NCBI RefSeq assembly: GCF_902652985.1
Contig: NC_047031.1
Location: forward strand, 15,686,001 to 15,750,000
Direction of reading: 5' to 3'
DNA from: Pecten maximus
Lineage: Eukaryota
DNA length: 64,000 bases
The position numbers and the translations under genes were made by a program. The notes under the pieces were generated by a model. The model did no database searches and had not been told where the DNA came from. It was given only the letters and a program-made list of their open reading frames with translations. This document shows positions 13,501-25,300 of this stretch, piece after piece. Position 1 is the stretch's first letter, and each line of letters starts with the position of its first letter.

Positions 13501-14727
13501 GACACTTTGCCGTCTTTTATAAACTCACTACGTCCACATGCTGTAAATGAATACATTATAAAGTAAAATGAAAAAAAATCCATATAGTTATATAGTATGA
13601 CATAATATATTAATTATAAACAAAAATAAAAAACAAACTAACAAAAAAGCTCGATAAAGTATTACCCTGATGACATACTATTGGCAAATCCATTGCATAA
13701 CATGTTAATTATGTGACTATTATAACACGTTAATTATGTGACTATTATAACATGTTAATTATGTGACTAATATAACATGTTAATTATGTGACTATTATAA
13801 TATTTTAGATCTTACCTGAGCGAACAAATCTGGTAACCAGGTTATGATCGTCCTTATAAAGCCTAACGAGGAAGAGCATGCCGGGATACGATGACGTAGA
13901 AATATTTGTATCAGTTTTTCCACTTTCCAATTGGATGACAGAATGTGACGTAATACCCATGATTTGGTAATACACGAGATACTCGGGAACACTTGAATTG
14001 CCGTCCACATCTTCCATTGATGACCAATCTAGATGTATGTAACCAGGGTGTACCAGAGTTTGTAGAATCGGGGAGGCATCTTGTGATCTTGATGCATGTC
14101 CTATAAATCGGATTTATTATTTAGATGGTTTGTTGTTTTTCGTGGCTACACTAGCGATTTAATTTGTTTTGAACTCGAGACCGAGAGGTTAGAACAATGT
14201 TTACTATTTTTGTTTAATTTATTCAGTGAATTAATTCTTTTCGATTTTCTCACTTTCATTCCAATTCCATGGGTTATCAATCATAAATTACGCGGAGTGT
14301 TGAATTTCGCTCAGAATAGAACTTTACGCCATATTGTTTTGATCAGAAACGGGGCGTGGCATAACACGATAGATCATGTTTCTATCGCAGATTAGAACAT
14401 GGTCCGTAACCAATCAAAACACGCGTTACAAACGAATCGTGTTAGAATCGTGATTATTAGATACTGCAAATTCATATCTTTTAATGAATTTCAAATACGA
14501 TCGATTGATGTCAGTGAGAAATAAAATCCAGTTTAAACGTGTTAAAATATAAAACAAAATTACACTGCTTGATAACAGAACATCTTCATCAAATTCAGAT
14601 TGAATATTTACATTAAGTATATGCCACTACAAAAATATGTTGCAAATGAAATTTGTAAAAAAAAATAAATATTACCTTTGTATAAAAGAACCAGACAGAT
14701 ATATATTTCCCAAAGATGTTGAAGCAT
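7113..14727 (-). CDS. Signal peptide-(FN3-CUB)x4 cell-surface protein with GPI-like C-terminal tail (9 coding exons, ~890 aa; last exon disrupted)
   Basis: Exons 14727-14676 (MLQHLWEIYICLVLLYK), 14100-13816 FN3, 13540-13226 CUB, 13057-12773 FN3, 12371-12042 CUB, 10537-10256 FN3, 9085-8759 CUB, 8465-8124 FN3, 7561-7113 CUB plus tail. All internal junctions are GT-AG, phase 1. CUB motifs CG...SPxYP...C.W; FN3 motifs W..P...Y. Confidence 0.8.
8124..8465 (-). CDS. FN3 domain exon (4th FN3)
   Basis: PAPEIPERLRVTSSTYGIIVRWTAP...YRISY...FEVWMES; 342 nt, phase 1-1. Confidence 0.85.
8759..9085 (-). CDS. CUB domain exon (3rd CUB)
   Basis: CGGNRTL...ISP...YPPDVVCKWII...CESDFLEIDG..CGS...FASNGHIQDNGF; 327 nt, phase 1-1. 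Confidence 0.9.
9777..9966 (+). mobile_element. 5'-truncated V-domain SINE
   Basis: Reverse-complement match to 6882-7105 (B box, V core, tail). Confidence 0.85.
10256..10537 (-). CDS. FN3 domain exon (3rd FN3)
   Basis: PPTSSPTNVHVHLTGSDIFITWEAPP...IIEYVILY...ISIMAVTEDGRSNTS; 282 nt, phase 1-1. Confidence 0.88.
12042..12371 (-). CDS. CUB domain exon (2nd CUB)
   Basis: CNESFLINDGQSITLRSPNFPRDIERYSLCTWSIST...SNSIKLQLRTDSQRYSGLRMMVKSV; 330 nt, phase 1-1. Confidence 0.85.
12773..13057 (-). CDS. FN3 domain exon (2nd FN3)
   Basis: IPSLTPPANFSTQNIDDVIRVSWTNEN...YIVTYNI; 285 nt, phase 1-1. Confidence 0.85.
13226..13540 (-). CDS. CUB domain exon (1st CUB)
   Basis: CGRSEFIKDGKVSYLTSPHYPENYQSMTICKWTY; 315 nt, phase 1-1. 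Confidence 0.88.
13697..13800. repeat. 25-bp tandem repeat, ~4 copies
   Basis: ataacatgttaattatgtgactatt repeated next to the 13816 donor site. Confidence 0.85.
13816..14100 (-). CDS. FN3-like domain exon (1st FN3)
   Basis: HASRSQDASPILQTLVHPGYIHLDWSS...EYLVYYQI...YPGMLFLVRL; 285 nt, phase 1-1. Confidence 0.78.
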
Positions 14728-15239
14728 GAAGTTACTCAGGTACGCCATGGTATGGTAATGGAGTGAAGGTACTGGTAGACCTATTATCACCTATTATCTC
14801 GAGCAGACAGCAGGTGGTGTAGTAACAGGGTCCGGGTAATGTTACACCTGGTATCTCGACATAGAGGCCATATATTGTTACATCTGGTATCTCAGTCAGG
14901 CGACAGGTGGTGGTAGGTGATGGCACGAATATCTAATACCATATAGGTCGTACAGCTGGTGGTACAAATGTAGGTGATGTCACGAATATCTAATACCATA
15001 TAGGTCGTAAGGGAGATTTCTATAAATAGGTTTATATTTTTCAAATATTACTGTAAATGCCATATTTGGTCATTGTGATGAAAAGAGTGTTTCGCGTTCA
15101 AGACTATACCATTTTATGTTATATACCTACTTGGCGAACAGTATACTCATAAGAATATGTATCTTAATTATATACGCAAATGCCCTATAAATGTTAACGC
15201 ATGCATTTACCATATATTGCCAAATTACACTTGTTCACG

Positions 15240-15672
15240 AATTGGAGGTATGCAATATATTCAGTTTGTTGTTTGCAAACTGTATGAATCTGCGTAGCGG
15301 ATTCTTACAGAAGTTTGCAAACAAAATTTGTTTCATACCCCGATGAAACTAAAAAAAATTGACATCAACGCTTATAATTAATTTTTGAAAATGATTTTCT
15401 AATTTAAAACATATTTATGTACAATTTTACTGGTTTTAAATGGGATTCTTTTTCTCAAATCAATACGCAACGTCAATTGTCGTATTGTGACGTCACATTT
15501 TTCGCGCCATTCTCGGAATTTCTTTCATAGAAGAATGAAAAGAATTTTTCGACCAATCACATTTGAGTATTTACCATGAAAACAAAGAAAAATTAATTAT
15601 AGAAGAATGAAAAGAATTTTTCGACCAATCACATTTGAGCATTTACCATGAAAACAAAGAAAAATTAATTAT
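15240..15672. mobile_element. Probable non-autonomous DNA element with a 73-bp terminal tandem duplication
   Basis: tagaagaatgaaaagaatttttcgaccaatcacatttgag...aaattaattat present twice (~15528-15600 and ~15600-15672). Confidence 0.45.
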
Positions 15673-17029
15673 ATCGATATAAACCACACAGCATACCATA
15701 TATCATTTATCCAAGTTTTTCTTAGAAGTTTTAATAGCTATAAAAGTGAAAATGGCCGAAACTCTGTAAGCTACATCAAATCAGTTGTTGAACTCAACCG
15801 ACTTCTTAATGAAATAAAACTGCATACTAATTTTCATCAAAATCCATACAAGTCTTGTCAGCATGTTCACACAACCAAATGATAATGATAGTTATAAATA
15901 CAAATGGCCAGAGCGCTGTCACTATCCATCAAATTAGTCTCATTGTTAATAATCTGGAACCATATTTGCATTAAACAGCATATGAAGCTTCATCAAAATT
16001 CATTCATTTTTATCAAAATTATCCTATTTTACCAAGTCCAAAAGTAGACAAAGTACTGTACATAACTCTCTAAGTAACAATGGAGTCGAACAAATCTGAT
16101 GAAAATCTATTCATATTAACTCTAGTGATCGTGTTCAAAAGGTCAAATTGTATTAAACTAGAGACATAGCTCTGCAAATAGTCAATGAATCGACTCAATT
16201 TTCGAACGTTTTCGACATATTATGGATGTAAGTGTAACGCAATTGCGTTCCGTTTGCTCGTTTTTGGACTCATTCCGGAAATTGTAACATCCGGTTACGT
16301 AAGATACCCGTGCTGCTGTGGGGTCCATCACTTTTCGTCCGGGTGTCAGCATGGTAAGTTGTGTTAACTTTTAATCTGTGAAATTAATTAGTAAACCGTC
16401 GCCCATCCTTTCCTAAATTTCATATTAGTTTGTCTCCTGAATAATATTTGCCACTATCGTACATGTATTTTATTTTCACATGTATTATTTCTAAGTATTT
16501 TTGATGTAGAACTTTGTTTACTTTGAGTCTCGTGCGCCGGTGTCATGTTGGAAGTCAGGTTGTTGCTTGAAGGAATTATTCCAGTGAATATTTCCGCCTC
16601 TCGGGCTGTTTCTTTACCGGTTAAGTAGATACGGGAGAAAAGACATGTGGTTAGCAAATGTTGTATTGTGACCAGAAATGTCACGTGCTTGAGACTCGGG
16701 GTAGAACAGATTTATTTTATATATATTTTCATTTCCAATTGTTTATGTAAAACCGTCACTGTGCCTCGCGGGTATTTTTTTTTTGTACTTTGTTATTTTT
16801 ACAAATGTTAATTAATTGTTGAACTTGATATTAGGAGTCTCTTTTCATTCTCACCAGTTTATTAAATATCGTTTATAGCTTCGTAATTCATTTGTATTTG
16901 GAATCTGCAAGCGAAAGCGGCAGTCGAACCCTGGGCAAAAACTTGGTAGCAGTCCGACACACGTGGCGCCCCTGTGGTACACTTGCTGCGCGTTACATTA
17001 GTCTTCATACTAGACATTATGAAAAATTC

Positions 17030-17800
17030 GTCCACATTTGCTCAAGTTATCGTGTCCATTAGGTCCAATGGCAATGAAACAACGAAGAGCCATATCACTG
17101 TAAGTTACGGTTTAATCAGCCCGATTGTCAACCTTAACCAAGATCTCACTAATATACTCAGTTATCATGTGCATACGGTACGATGGCAATACAACTACGA
17201 AGGGCCATAACTTTGATATTAAGGGGAATCGGCCCGATTATCGAATTAATCAAAAATTTTATAGATATCAGGCTGGATAATAAGTAAATTCCATTCATAT
17301 TTTACTCAAGTTATCATAAATTCAAAGTCAAATGGCAATGCAACTACGAAGGGCAATGGCTGTAAATAACAATTGAATAGCCTTCTTGTTGACCTCATCA
17401 AAGATAGTATTGATAAAGAGTTGCAGACCAAGTTTTATGAAAATCCGTTAAAAATTGACTCAAGTTATTATCGTGTACACAAGGTCAATACGACTACGAA
17501 GGCCCATAACTCTGTAAGAAACAGTTGAATCGGCCCGATTGTGAAACTCATCTAAGATCGTATTAATATAAGGCTGCAGACAAACCTTCATGGAAATCCG
17601 TTCATATTTACTCAAGCTATCGTGTACAAAAGGTCCAATGGCAATGCAACTACAAAGGGCCATAACTCAGTAAGGTAAAGTTGTATACAGTTGATCCGTT
17701 AATATTGACTTAAGTAATCGTGTGCACATGGAAAACTTGAGCACGACTCATGACGACAGACAAAAGGTCATTGCAATATAATATAGGTCACCTATTAATA
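17030..17800. repeat. Degenerate tandem repeats of a probable Helentron-derived element
   Basis: Recurrent ctcaagttatcgtgt...aggtc.aatggcaatgcaactacgaagggccataact units. Confidence 0.6.
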
Positions 17801-19744
17801 TTGAGTCATTTAATAATGTACATTTCGTCCACACTGGATATAAAAGCCCGTACAGAAACATTTTCGTTCCAGTAAATCACCTGCTGTGTGACTGTGTGTG
17901 CCGATAACTGTTCTTGTTCTGTGTCGACAGACGGTATTTATCAATATTGCGAGTTTGAAATAACAGGGTATAGCCAGTCGCAAACGAAATAAAAGGCTTG
18001 TGTTTGTACTCTTTTACTTGTGTTTGTAGTGTTTTATTGTGTTAATGAATAGGTACCGATTTACTTCACGTAGATATCAGGAGGGTTTTCTTGAGCGTGT
18101 TATAATAATGCCTTTAATAATTCAACTGTGTCAATCGTAAGGCAACAGACGACTACTATTTGAAGTACACCCAACAATTACCGTACATGTATGTCTGAAA
18201 TAAACCGGTTTACAAAATAAAATAGTGTTGGCGGCCTCCGACAGACAATCCGTGTTCAGAGCCGTTAAGATAATTGCCCTAACATATACCTAACTGAATG
18301 ATTAAATCCGTGTTATTATCGACTGCTGTATAGACAGGTACGATCCTACAGTCGCACACATTTGTTCAGTTTCCAACTTCGAGGTAGGCATGACGGTCCA
18401 CACTAACAGGCAGAGAAATTTGTAACATTTTTCATTTGGTGTTTTACTCAAAACATATCATGTTTCATAACATGAATCAAAATTTAGATAAACATCTGAA
18501 CAGTTCAATTACAAATAGCAGAAAAAAAACCCAGGTATTTAGATATGTGTTTACAAAGTAGTTATGGTAAACAAACGCATCTATAATAGAGGCTTGTCTG
18601 GGAGAAATATGTCATGACGTAAATGTTTTCTTTTCAAGGTTTACAAGTTCAGATATTAAGTATACATGTAAAAGACTTTAAGGCGTAAATTAAGTGATCA
18701 GTGAAGATTGACGACGGATATAAAAGTAATTAAGAAATTATGTATCTACCTTGAACAATGGAATGCTGGTCACTATATGTTATTTCATTTCCATACTGTA
18801 TCAACGCAAACACGAAAAGATAATGCAAAATGATGCATTGAATGTAACTACATGAAAAGCTTTGTACATTTAAAAATAAACACAGCCACGAGAAATGCAT
18901 TAATTGCAGTTAATTATAAAACTATCAATCCCGTCTCATGGAATATTACAAGACAATACGAATGAAATACTTAGTATATCAACATTTGATAGATATTTAG
19001 CTAGATGCCATTAAAATTTTAAATCAATATTACAATTTTAATATGTTAACCAAATCACTATCTCTGAGAGGCATTGGCTATCACCAACATCTTTACTCAA
19101 ACCTTTGTTTCCAAGACAACATAACACTCAACCTCTCATATTCATTTGAATTGTTAGTCAGACAATTAAGTAGTCGCCATGCACATATCAGTATTGTCAG
19201 TAGGATATGAGTGGTTTCCTACAAGGTGTCTACGGCAGTATGATTCGGTGAGGTAGCACTATAATGTCGGCGTCATTTCATCGCAAGGAGACCGCCACGA
19301 AGTTCTAGATAGAGAGTCGTTTCATTGTCCCCTTCTAGCCCTGCCCCTCAGACCCCGGGGTTCAAATAAAACCCAACACGTGTACAGTTTAGAATCCACA
19401 CAACATAGGAATGCTTTCAGTCATATAAGTTGAGAAGGCATCGTTATTAGAAATTATTTTGACGACGTTCGACCGAGGAAGTACGGACGAGACAAATTGA
19501 CATGGTATAGACTTACCTTTGGACAAGAGAACTAAAGATTATAATGTCAACGACAGTTACATGTAAGGTTTTTATTATGTGCTGATCGTTATTGAAATAT
19601 AACTCTATAAATAAAACTTACACATGGATATATAAATTTAAGCAAAGAACATGTTTATCAATCTGTTACGTAGTAAACGTAGAAATGTAACGGTTGGTTT
19701 TAATCAGATTGCATATTCAACATATTTATTCCATTGTTGCCAGT

Positions 19745-20385
19745 AAATATACATATATATGTACAGAGGATATTGAATGGTTTCCCGTTTTATATAACAT
19801 ATTTTTCATGAGTAGGACAGAATATCTATATTTGCACGAGCACGAGTGAAAATATCGAAATATTCCATCCTACAAGTGAAATATATGTTATAGTCAACGG
19901 GAAATCATTCAGTTTTCTCTTTATTGCATTTTAAATACTTAAAAACAAAATTTAAAAATTACTGAAAAATAAATAGCGACAAAATATACGGGAATCAGTA
20001 ACATAATTAATTTTGTTTGGAAAAATCTGCAGGTTTCAATTAAATGAATACAAAGGTTCGCTCTGATTGGTCAAAAACGAAAAAATTACATTTTCACTGC
20101 AAAATTTATTTTTTCCGTGCAAAATCTTATATTTTCACTGCTCATCGCTGACGTGAAATTTTAAGTTTTATTAGTTTGGTTAATTTCTATATTTCGCTAG
20201 CAAAAAAAATATAGAAAGAAAATTATCAAACTAATAAAACTTATACTTTCGCTGCAGCGATGAGTAGTGAAAATATAGTGAAAATATAAGATTCTGCAGT
20301 AAACGTATACGTTTTTCGTGTTTGACCAATCAGCGCGAACGTTTGAATTACCTCATTGAAACATGGCGATTTTTCCAATTAACGC
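19745..20385. mobile_element. Palindromic (foldback/MITE-like) element
   Basis: ~20030-20195 is an imperfect inverted repeat of ~20205-20375 (ttcgctctgattggtcaaa / tttgaccaatcagcgcgaa; taagttttattagtttg / caaactaataaaactta). Confidence 0.65.
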
Positions 20386-22035
20386 GAAGATAGATCAATT
20401 GGTTATTTTGCTGTATGTCTGAAATATTCATTCTAGGTTTTAACAAAATACTCACTTGACGTTAGCTATTCATGCACATATTCTCCTATAACAGCAGAAA
20501 ACGCTTAAATTACGTCAGTGTAGGAATACGTTATTAATTTAATTGCAAAATACTGTATCATCGTCCTCGTTGTGTATCCTGCAACAATACACGAATCATC
20601 GTTAATTATTTCTCTTAAATAACGTATCTATAAATACAACCGTCGAATGACCCTTTCTCTACTTGTCTTACTCTTCTCGCTCTCAGTCAATTGAAGACCA
20701 GAAGAACCTACATAATGAAGCTGAGAAAGATCCATCATGAGCTCTCTATGAAATTGAGACAGTAAAATCCAACTAATACAAGAGGAATTTAAATGACATT
20801 CAAGAAATATCCATGAAGAATTTAAAATTGAAAATGCACGGGTCAAGTGGAACTAAGAGTTGAAATTTGAAAAGAATGAAGATCTTTCAGGGAAATAGCG
20901 GCCAAAAACTTCAATTGTCAAAATGTCACAATTATGTACCATGGGAAATCTACAGGTGAAGTCTGAGACAGATCAATGGAGTCATTTCTGTAAAATAGCA
21001 ATGAAAACAACTTCAACTGTCGAAATTCATAATGTCAATCTTCGGTCATATTCTTTTCTAAACTGTCTGAAAATAGAACATGTACACCTACAGACCATGG
21101 AGAACCTTCAGATGAAATCGTAGAAAAATCCACGAAAACGTTCTTAAAAATGGCCACAAGAATTACCTACGAGCGGGTGGACGGATACGTGACGGATGCC
21201 CGAAGAAGAGCGATTCGATCCCCCCGATTTATCAGAGGGTGGACGAAAAGTATATATATATATATCTGTAAATAGCATACAGATACGAACATAACATGTA
21301 TAAATATATGTCTTTGAATATAACATATCTATAAATACATGTATGAAATATCTTTAAATATAGCATATATATTTATATAAACATATCTATGAATAAAACA
21401 TATCAATAAATCTATATATTTGTAAATACATATCTATAAATACAGTATTTGTGTTAATACACCAATATTTCATCTATCAATATAGAAGTAATTCAAATGT
21501 AACATATATCTATAAATATATCTCTCAATACAAGTAGATTTTAACACAACATACCTATACATTTGTGTTTACAATATATAGTTATTCAATTAATATAATA
21601 TCTCTACGAAAGAGTTTACAACCCTTATCTGTAAAGGGACTAATAACATTATACCTTCCTCGGTTCGTGTGTTGATATTGATAAAAGGTATGGTTTTTTG
21701 TTCTGAATTGTAAATGTGAATGACACAAATCGAACAGATAGCAAACTACAGATATAACACGAGGATTTGTTGTTCTTTTCCTGTTACACGATCTTATTAG
21801 TCTTATTAGTCTGAATTAGCTAACCTACACATACAAATGTCCGAACTCTTCACGAGCATATAATGGACACTTTCTAGTCAGATACAGTATCTGATTTGTT
21901 TCATGTAATTTGAAGCGCATTGCCATAAGACGTAATGTCAAATACTTGAGTCAACTTTAACCCTAAAGTACACAACACCAAATCTACTGACCACTATTAA
22001 ACCGATCAAATAATTCGAATAGTGTGACATCGGGT

Positions 22036-22343
22036 TCATAGTCCTTTACAGTATCTTTCACGAAGGGCATTCGCAGCATTCATGTAATCAAGATCCACCT
22101 CCTTCATTCCTTGAAGAATTCCCCTGATAGTAGCATCTTCAAGTTTGCTCCAGGTCAGGAGGAGGTCAAAAATGATTTTCGCTACACCAGTGTTCGATGC
22201 TTTATGTGATTTTATGGTAGACGAATTTAATCCAAGGAAAATGAAAAAAAGTTCACACTCCGCAGGGATGTAATGGTGGCTTAAAAAAGCCAGCATGTTT
22301 TCAGTGGGTTGTGAATCGAGGATATCATCAGGGAGTCTGTAAT
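22036..22343 (-). CDS. Death-domain terminal exon, ROCO copy A
   Basis: DYRLPDDILDSQPTENMLAFLSH...LFFIFLGLNSSTI...IFDLLLTW...ATIRGILQGMKEV; death-fold pattern LGL...I...W...AT...L. Confidence 0.85.
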
Positions 22344-25300
22344 CTGGAAAAAAATGGATGTCATTTAAAGGAAAACAAGAACAGAACAATCACGATGAAA
22401 CGTATTTAGAGTTGAGGTTACAGAGTGTGATACTATTTAACGTTCTGGTATAACTGAACAGTATTGGACATACAGTAAAATTCAGCGCATTCGGTTCTAA
22501 GCGAATTCATGCGTTGCGCTTTAATTTTAACCGGATGATATATGTAACATTCACGGTTCACTCTTCATTTTAACACACGGTGTTATATTTTTTAGGTTGA
22601 CAAACGAACGATCACTGTATAATTTTCACAATAAACTTTCATTGTAATATGCACTCCAACTCAAATCGAATATATCACACCATGCCCATTGCCTTGTATT
22701 CAATCCAAATTATGAGGATATGTTTAAAGATAAACCAATACGTATGCCATCGTTTGGAAATCGCATTTTTTCAGAAACTGTTAAAGTCGACACAAACGTA
22801 TTTCTTTGACAAATGGAAATTTCTCCATTCTATAAATCAACAAAAAATTATCGTTCTAGTCATAAGTAGCGGCAACTATGACTACGACAAATGCAGCCTT
22901 GAGATGACGGATTCCAAATGATGCTTCAATATTCTATGCAGAAGCCCATCCTGCATCTTCGAACATGTAAAAACTCAATCTATAACAATATATCTATTTT
23001 GACTCTCTATCATCTGTCTTACAGTCTTACCAACATACATCTGGATAGTGCCTTACCACGAAAATGACAAATTTTACTACATAACATTGCCTCAAATTGT
23101 TATATTATATTTTGCTAGGTTCTAGGACATGCCGGAATACCTGGTAATGAAAAAGCAGACCGCGCCGCAAAAGCGGCATCATCACTCCCACCAACTGATT
23201 TTAAACTTCATTTTACCGATTGTAAACAATTTGTTGCTATTTTCGCCTTTCACAGAGTCAGTTTGTTGATAAAAATTACACCCGATTAAAGCAAGCATCG
23301 GTGAAAGGTCTCCTTACTTCAGAGGCAATCGCCGAGGTGAAGTTGTCCGTGTACGTCTTCAGATAGGTCATACATAACTAACGTACTCCTACTTACTGAG
23401 TCGCAAGGACCAGCCTATATATGTGTATAGCATTTTATGACAGTTAAAGTTTTTGTTCAATCGCAGCGATGTACATCCTACCCGAGAATTTTTTCAACAG
23501 CATGGCAAGTCTAGAAATCATGTTCAAACCTGTTAGCGTATACAGAAGTATGAAATATCTGAAAGCCGTTGATCTCTATCACAAGGTTTTGGGTTCTGTC
23601 CCCTGGCCGAGACATACCAGGGTCTTTAAAAATTGTAGTTGCTCCTCCCGCTTAGCGCTCAGCATATTAGGAGTGAGACGACTGGTTCACCCGTTGTCAG
23701 TATAATGTGACCGGGTGGATCGTCCTGCTTGGTGTCTTCGGTAGTATGCTCCACTGAGGTAACACTATAAATCGGCAAAAGTTCCGGCCTACCACAAGGA
23801 GACTTCACACAAACATACCGTAGCCCCCAAAAACACACATAGGCACTCACCACACGCATGCATGTCGCACGCAAGGGAGGCCGTCCTTAAATGACCTTAG
23901 CTGTTAATAGGACGTTAAACAAAATAAACCAAACTAACATCAACATCACTGGATGATACTTTTACCTTTGACTGACAGATCCCCTAGCATTAACATGCTG
24001 AAACGCTATGAAGTAACATGGTCAAGTTTCAACATCCTTCCTTTCTTAAGTGGGAATAATTTTCAAGGGACGTATTACAAAATTGAAGAAAAGTCTCTTC
24101 GCTAATATTTTGCCCTTTAGTAAAAAAAATGCCTTCGATGGCATTGTATGTTTTGTATGTTTTAGGAACGTTGATGAATCCATGTCCTGATGGCACCTTA
24201 AGACATTTTATTGAATATCATACTCATTGAAGTATTCCCTCTTTGTTGTGCCATTCATGTCGAGAGCAGAATTATTCAAGTTGGACTTTACGCAAATCAA
24301 CGAAAAAACTAAAGCTTGCCCTGCGTACACGAAGGCAATGGAAGCTTCCCCTAGTCAAGTAACACATTAAGAAATGTAACAAAACTCACCCGTGCCCGAT
24401 TTCCATTTGGTCTGTAAAGAGATATGAAAATTCGACAGTGAAATACATTGTGACGATGTTGTATATATGAATTGTTTACTTTCTGAATACGTGTCTAGAG
24501 TAATGAATATATTATTCGAGGCTCATCCAGCCGGAAATGAATATTCGGGAGGATTCAAATTCCTCACTTTTTAAGGAGTTTTATAACTACATGTAACTTT
24601 GAAGTAGTGTATAATGTCTATAGATAACTTGAGTCATTAGTGCCCAACAACAAGAGACTTGAATAACGTTCTTACATAAACTAAAACTTAAAATATAGTT
24701 ACCCTTATCTAATCTTTCCTGGTTCTTCTTAATTACTAGAAGTGATACCAATTTACATTACCGAGAGGCCAATTTGGCGTCACCCCTTTACCTCTTACTA
24801 ATATCATATTCAAAGGCATGTGACTATTTTTCTTACTTTCACTAGTAGCCGTTTTTATGTTTAAAGATTAAAGAGTTTTTTATAATCTTTATTACACTAC
24901 CGTACTTTGGGATATTTTGGATGTGGCTATATTTTGGTTAATTTGGCGCCTGGGGTGAATGAGCCAAAATTAAACACGCCAAAATTTCACGAAATCAATT
25001 GTCGGAAGATAGTAACCGTCTTCCCGTTCATTTACTACATAGCCGTTACTCGCTTCCGCGATCTTTGTTGATGTCTATTGGAATGTAGCTTTTTTTTTTA
25101 TAAAAATGCGCCAATAAAGGTATGTCTTCATGTAACTGTGTCATACATTTCATTCGGGTTGTATCATATTGATTGTTTTATTAGCTGAGTTCAAGGATAA
25201 GTCGCGTCGCGATTGATCGATTAACTTGTGTAGCTTACAAAGCGAATATACTGCATGTTTTCCTGTGCAGCCAGGTGAGACGAAATACAAAAGGTTTATA

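Noticed and set aside
14732-14926. 64-aa ORF MPSPTTTCRLTEIP...
   Set aside because: Built from short local repeats, out of frame with the signal-peptide exon; probably 5' UTR or upstream DNA.
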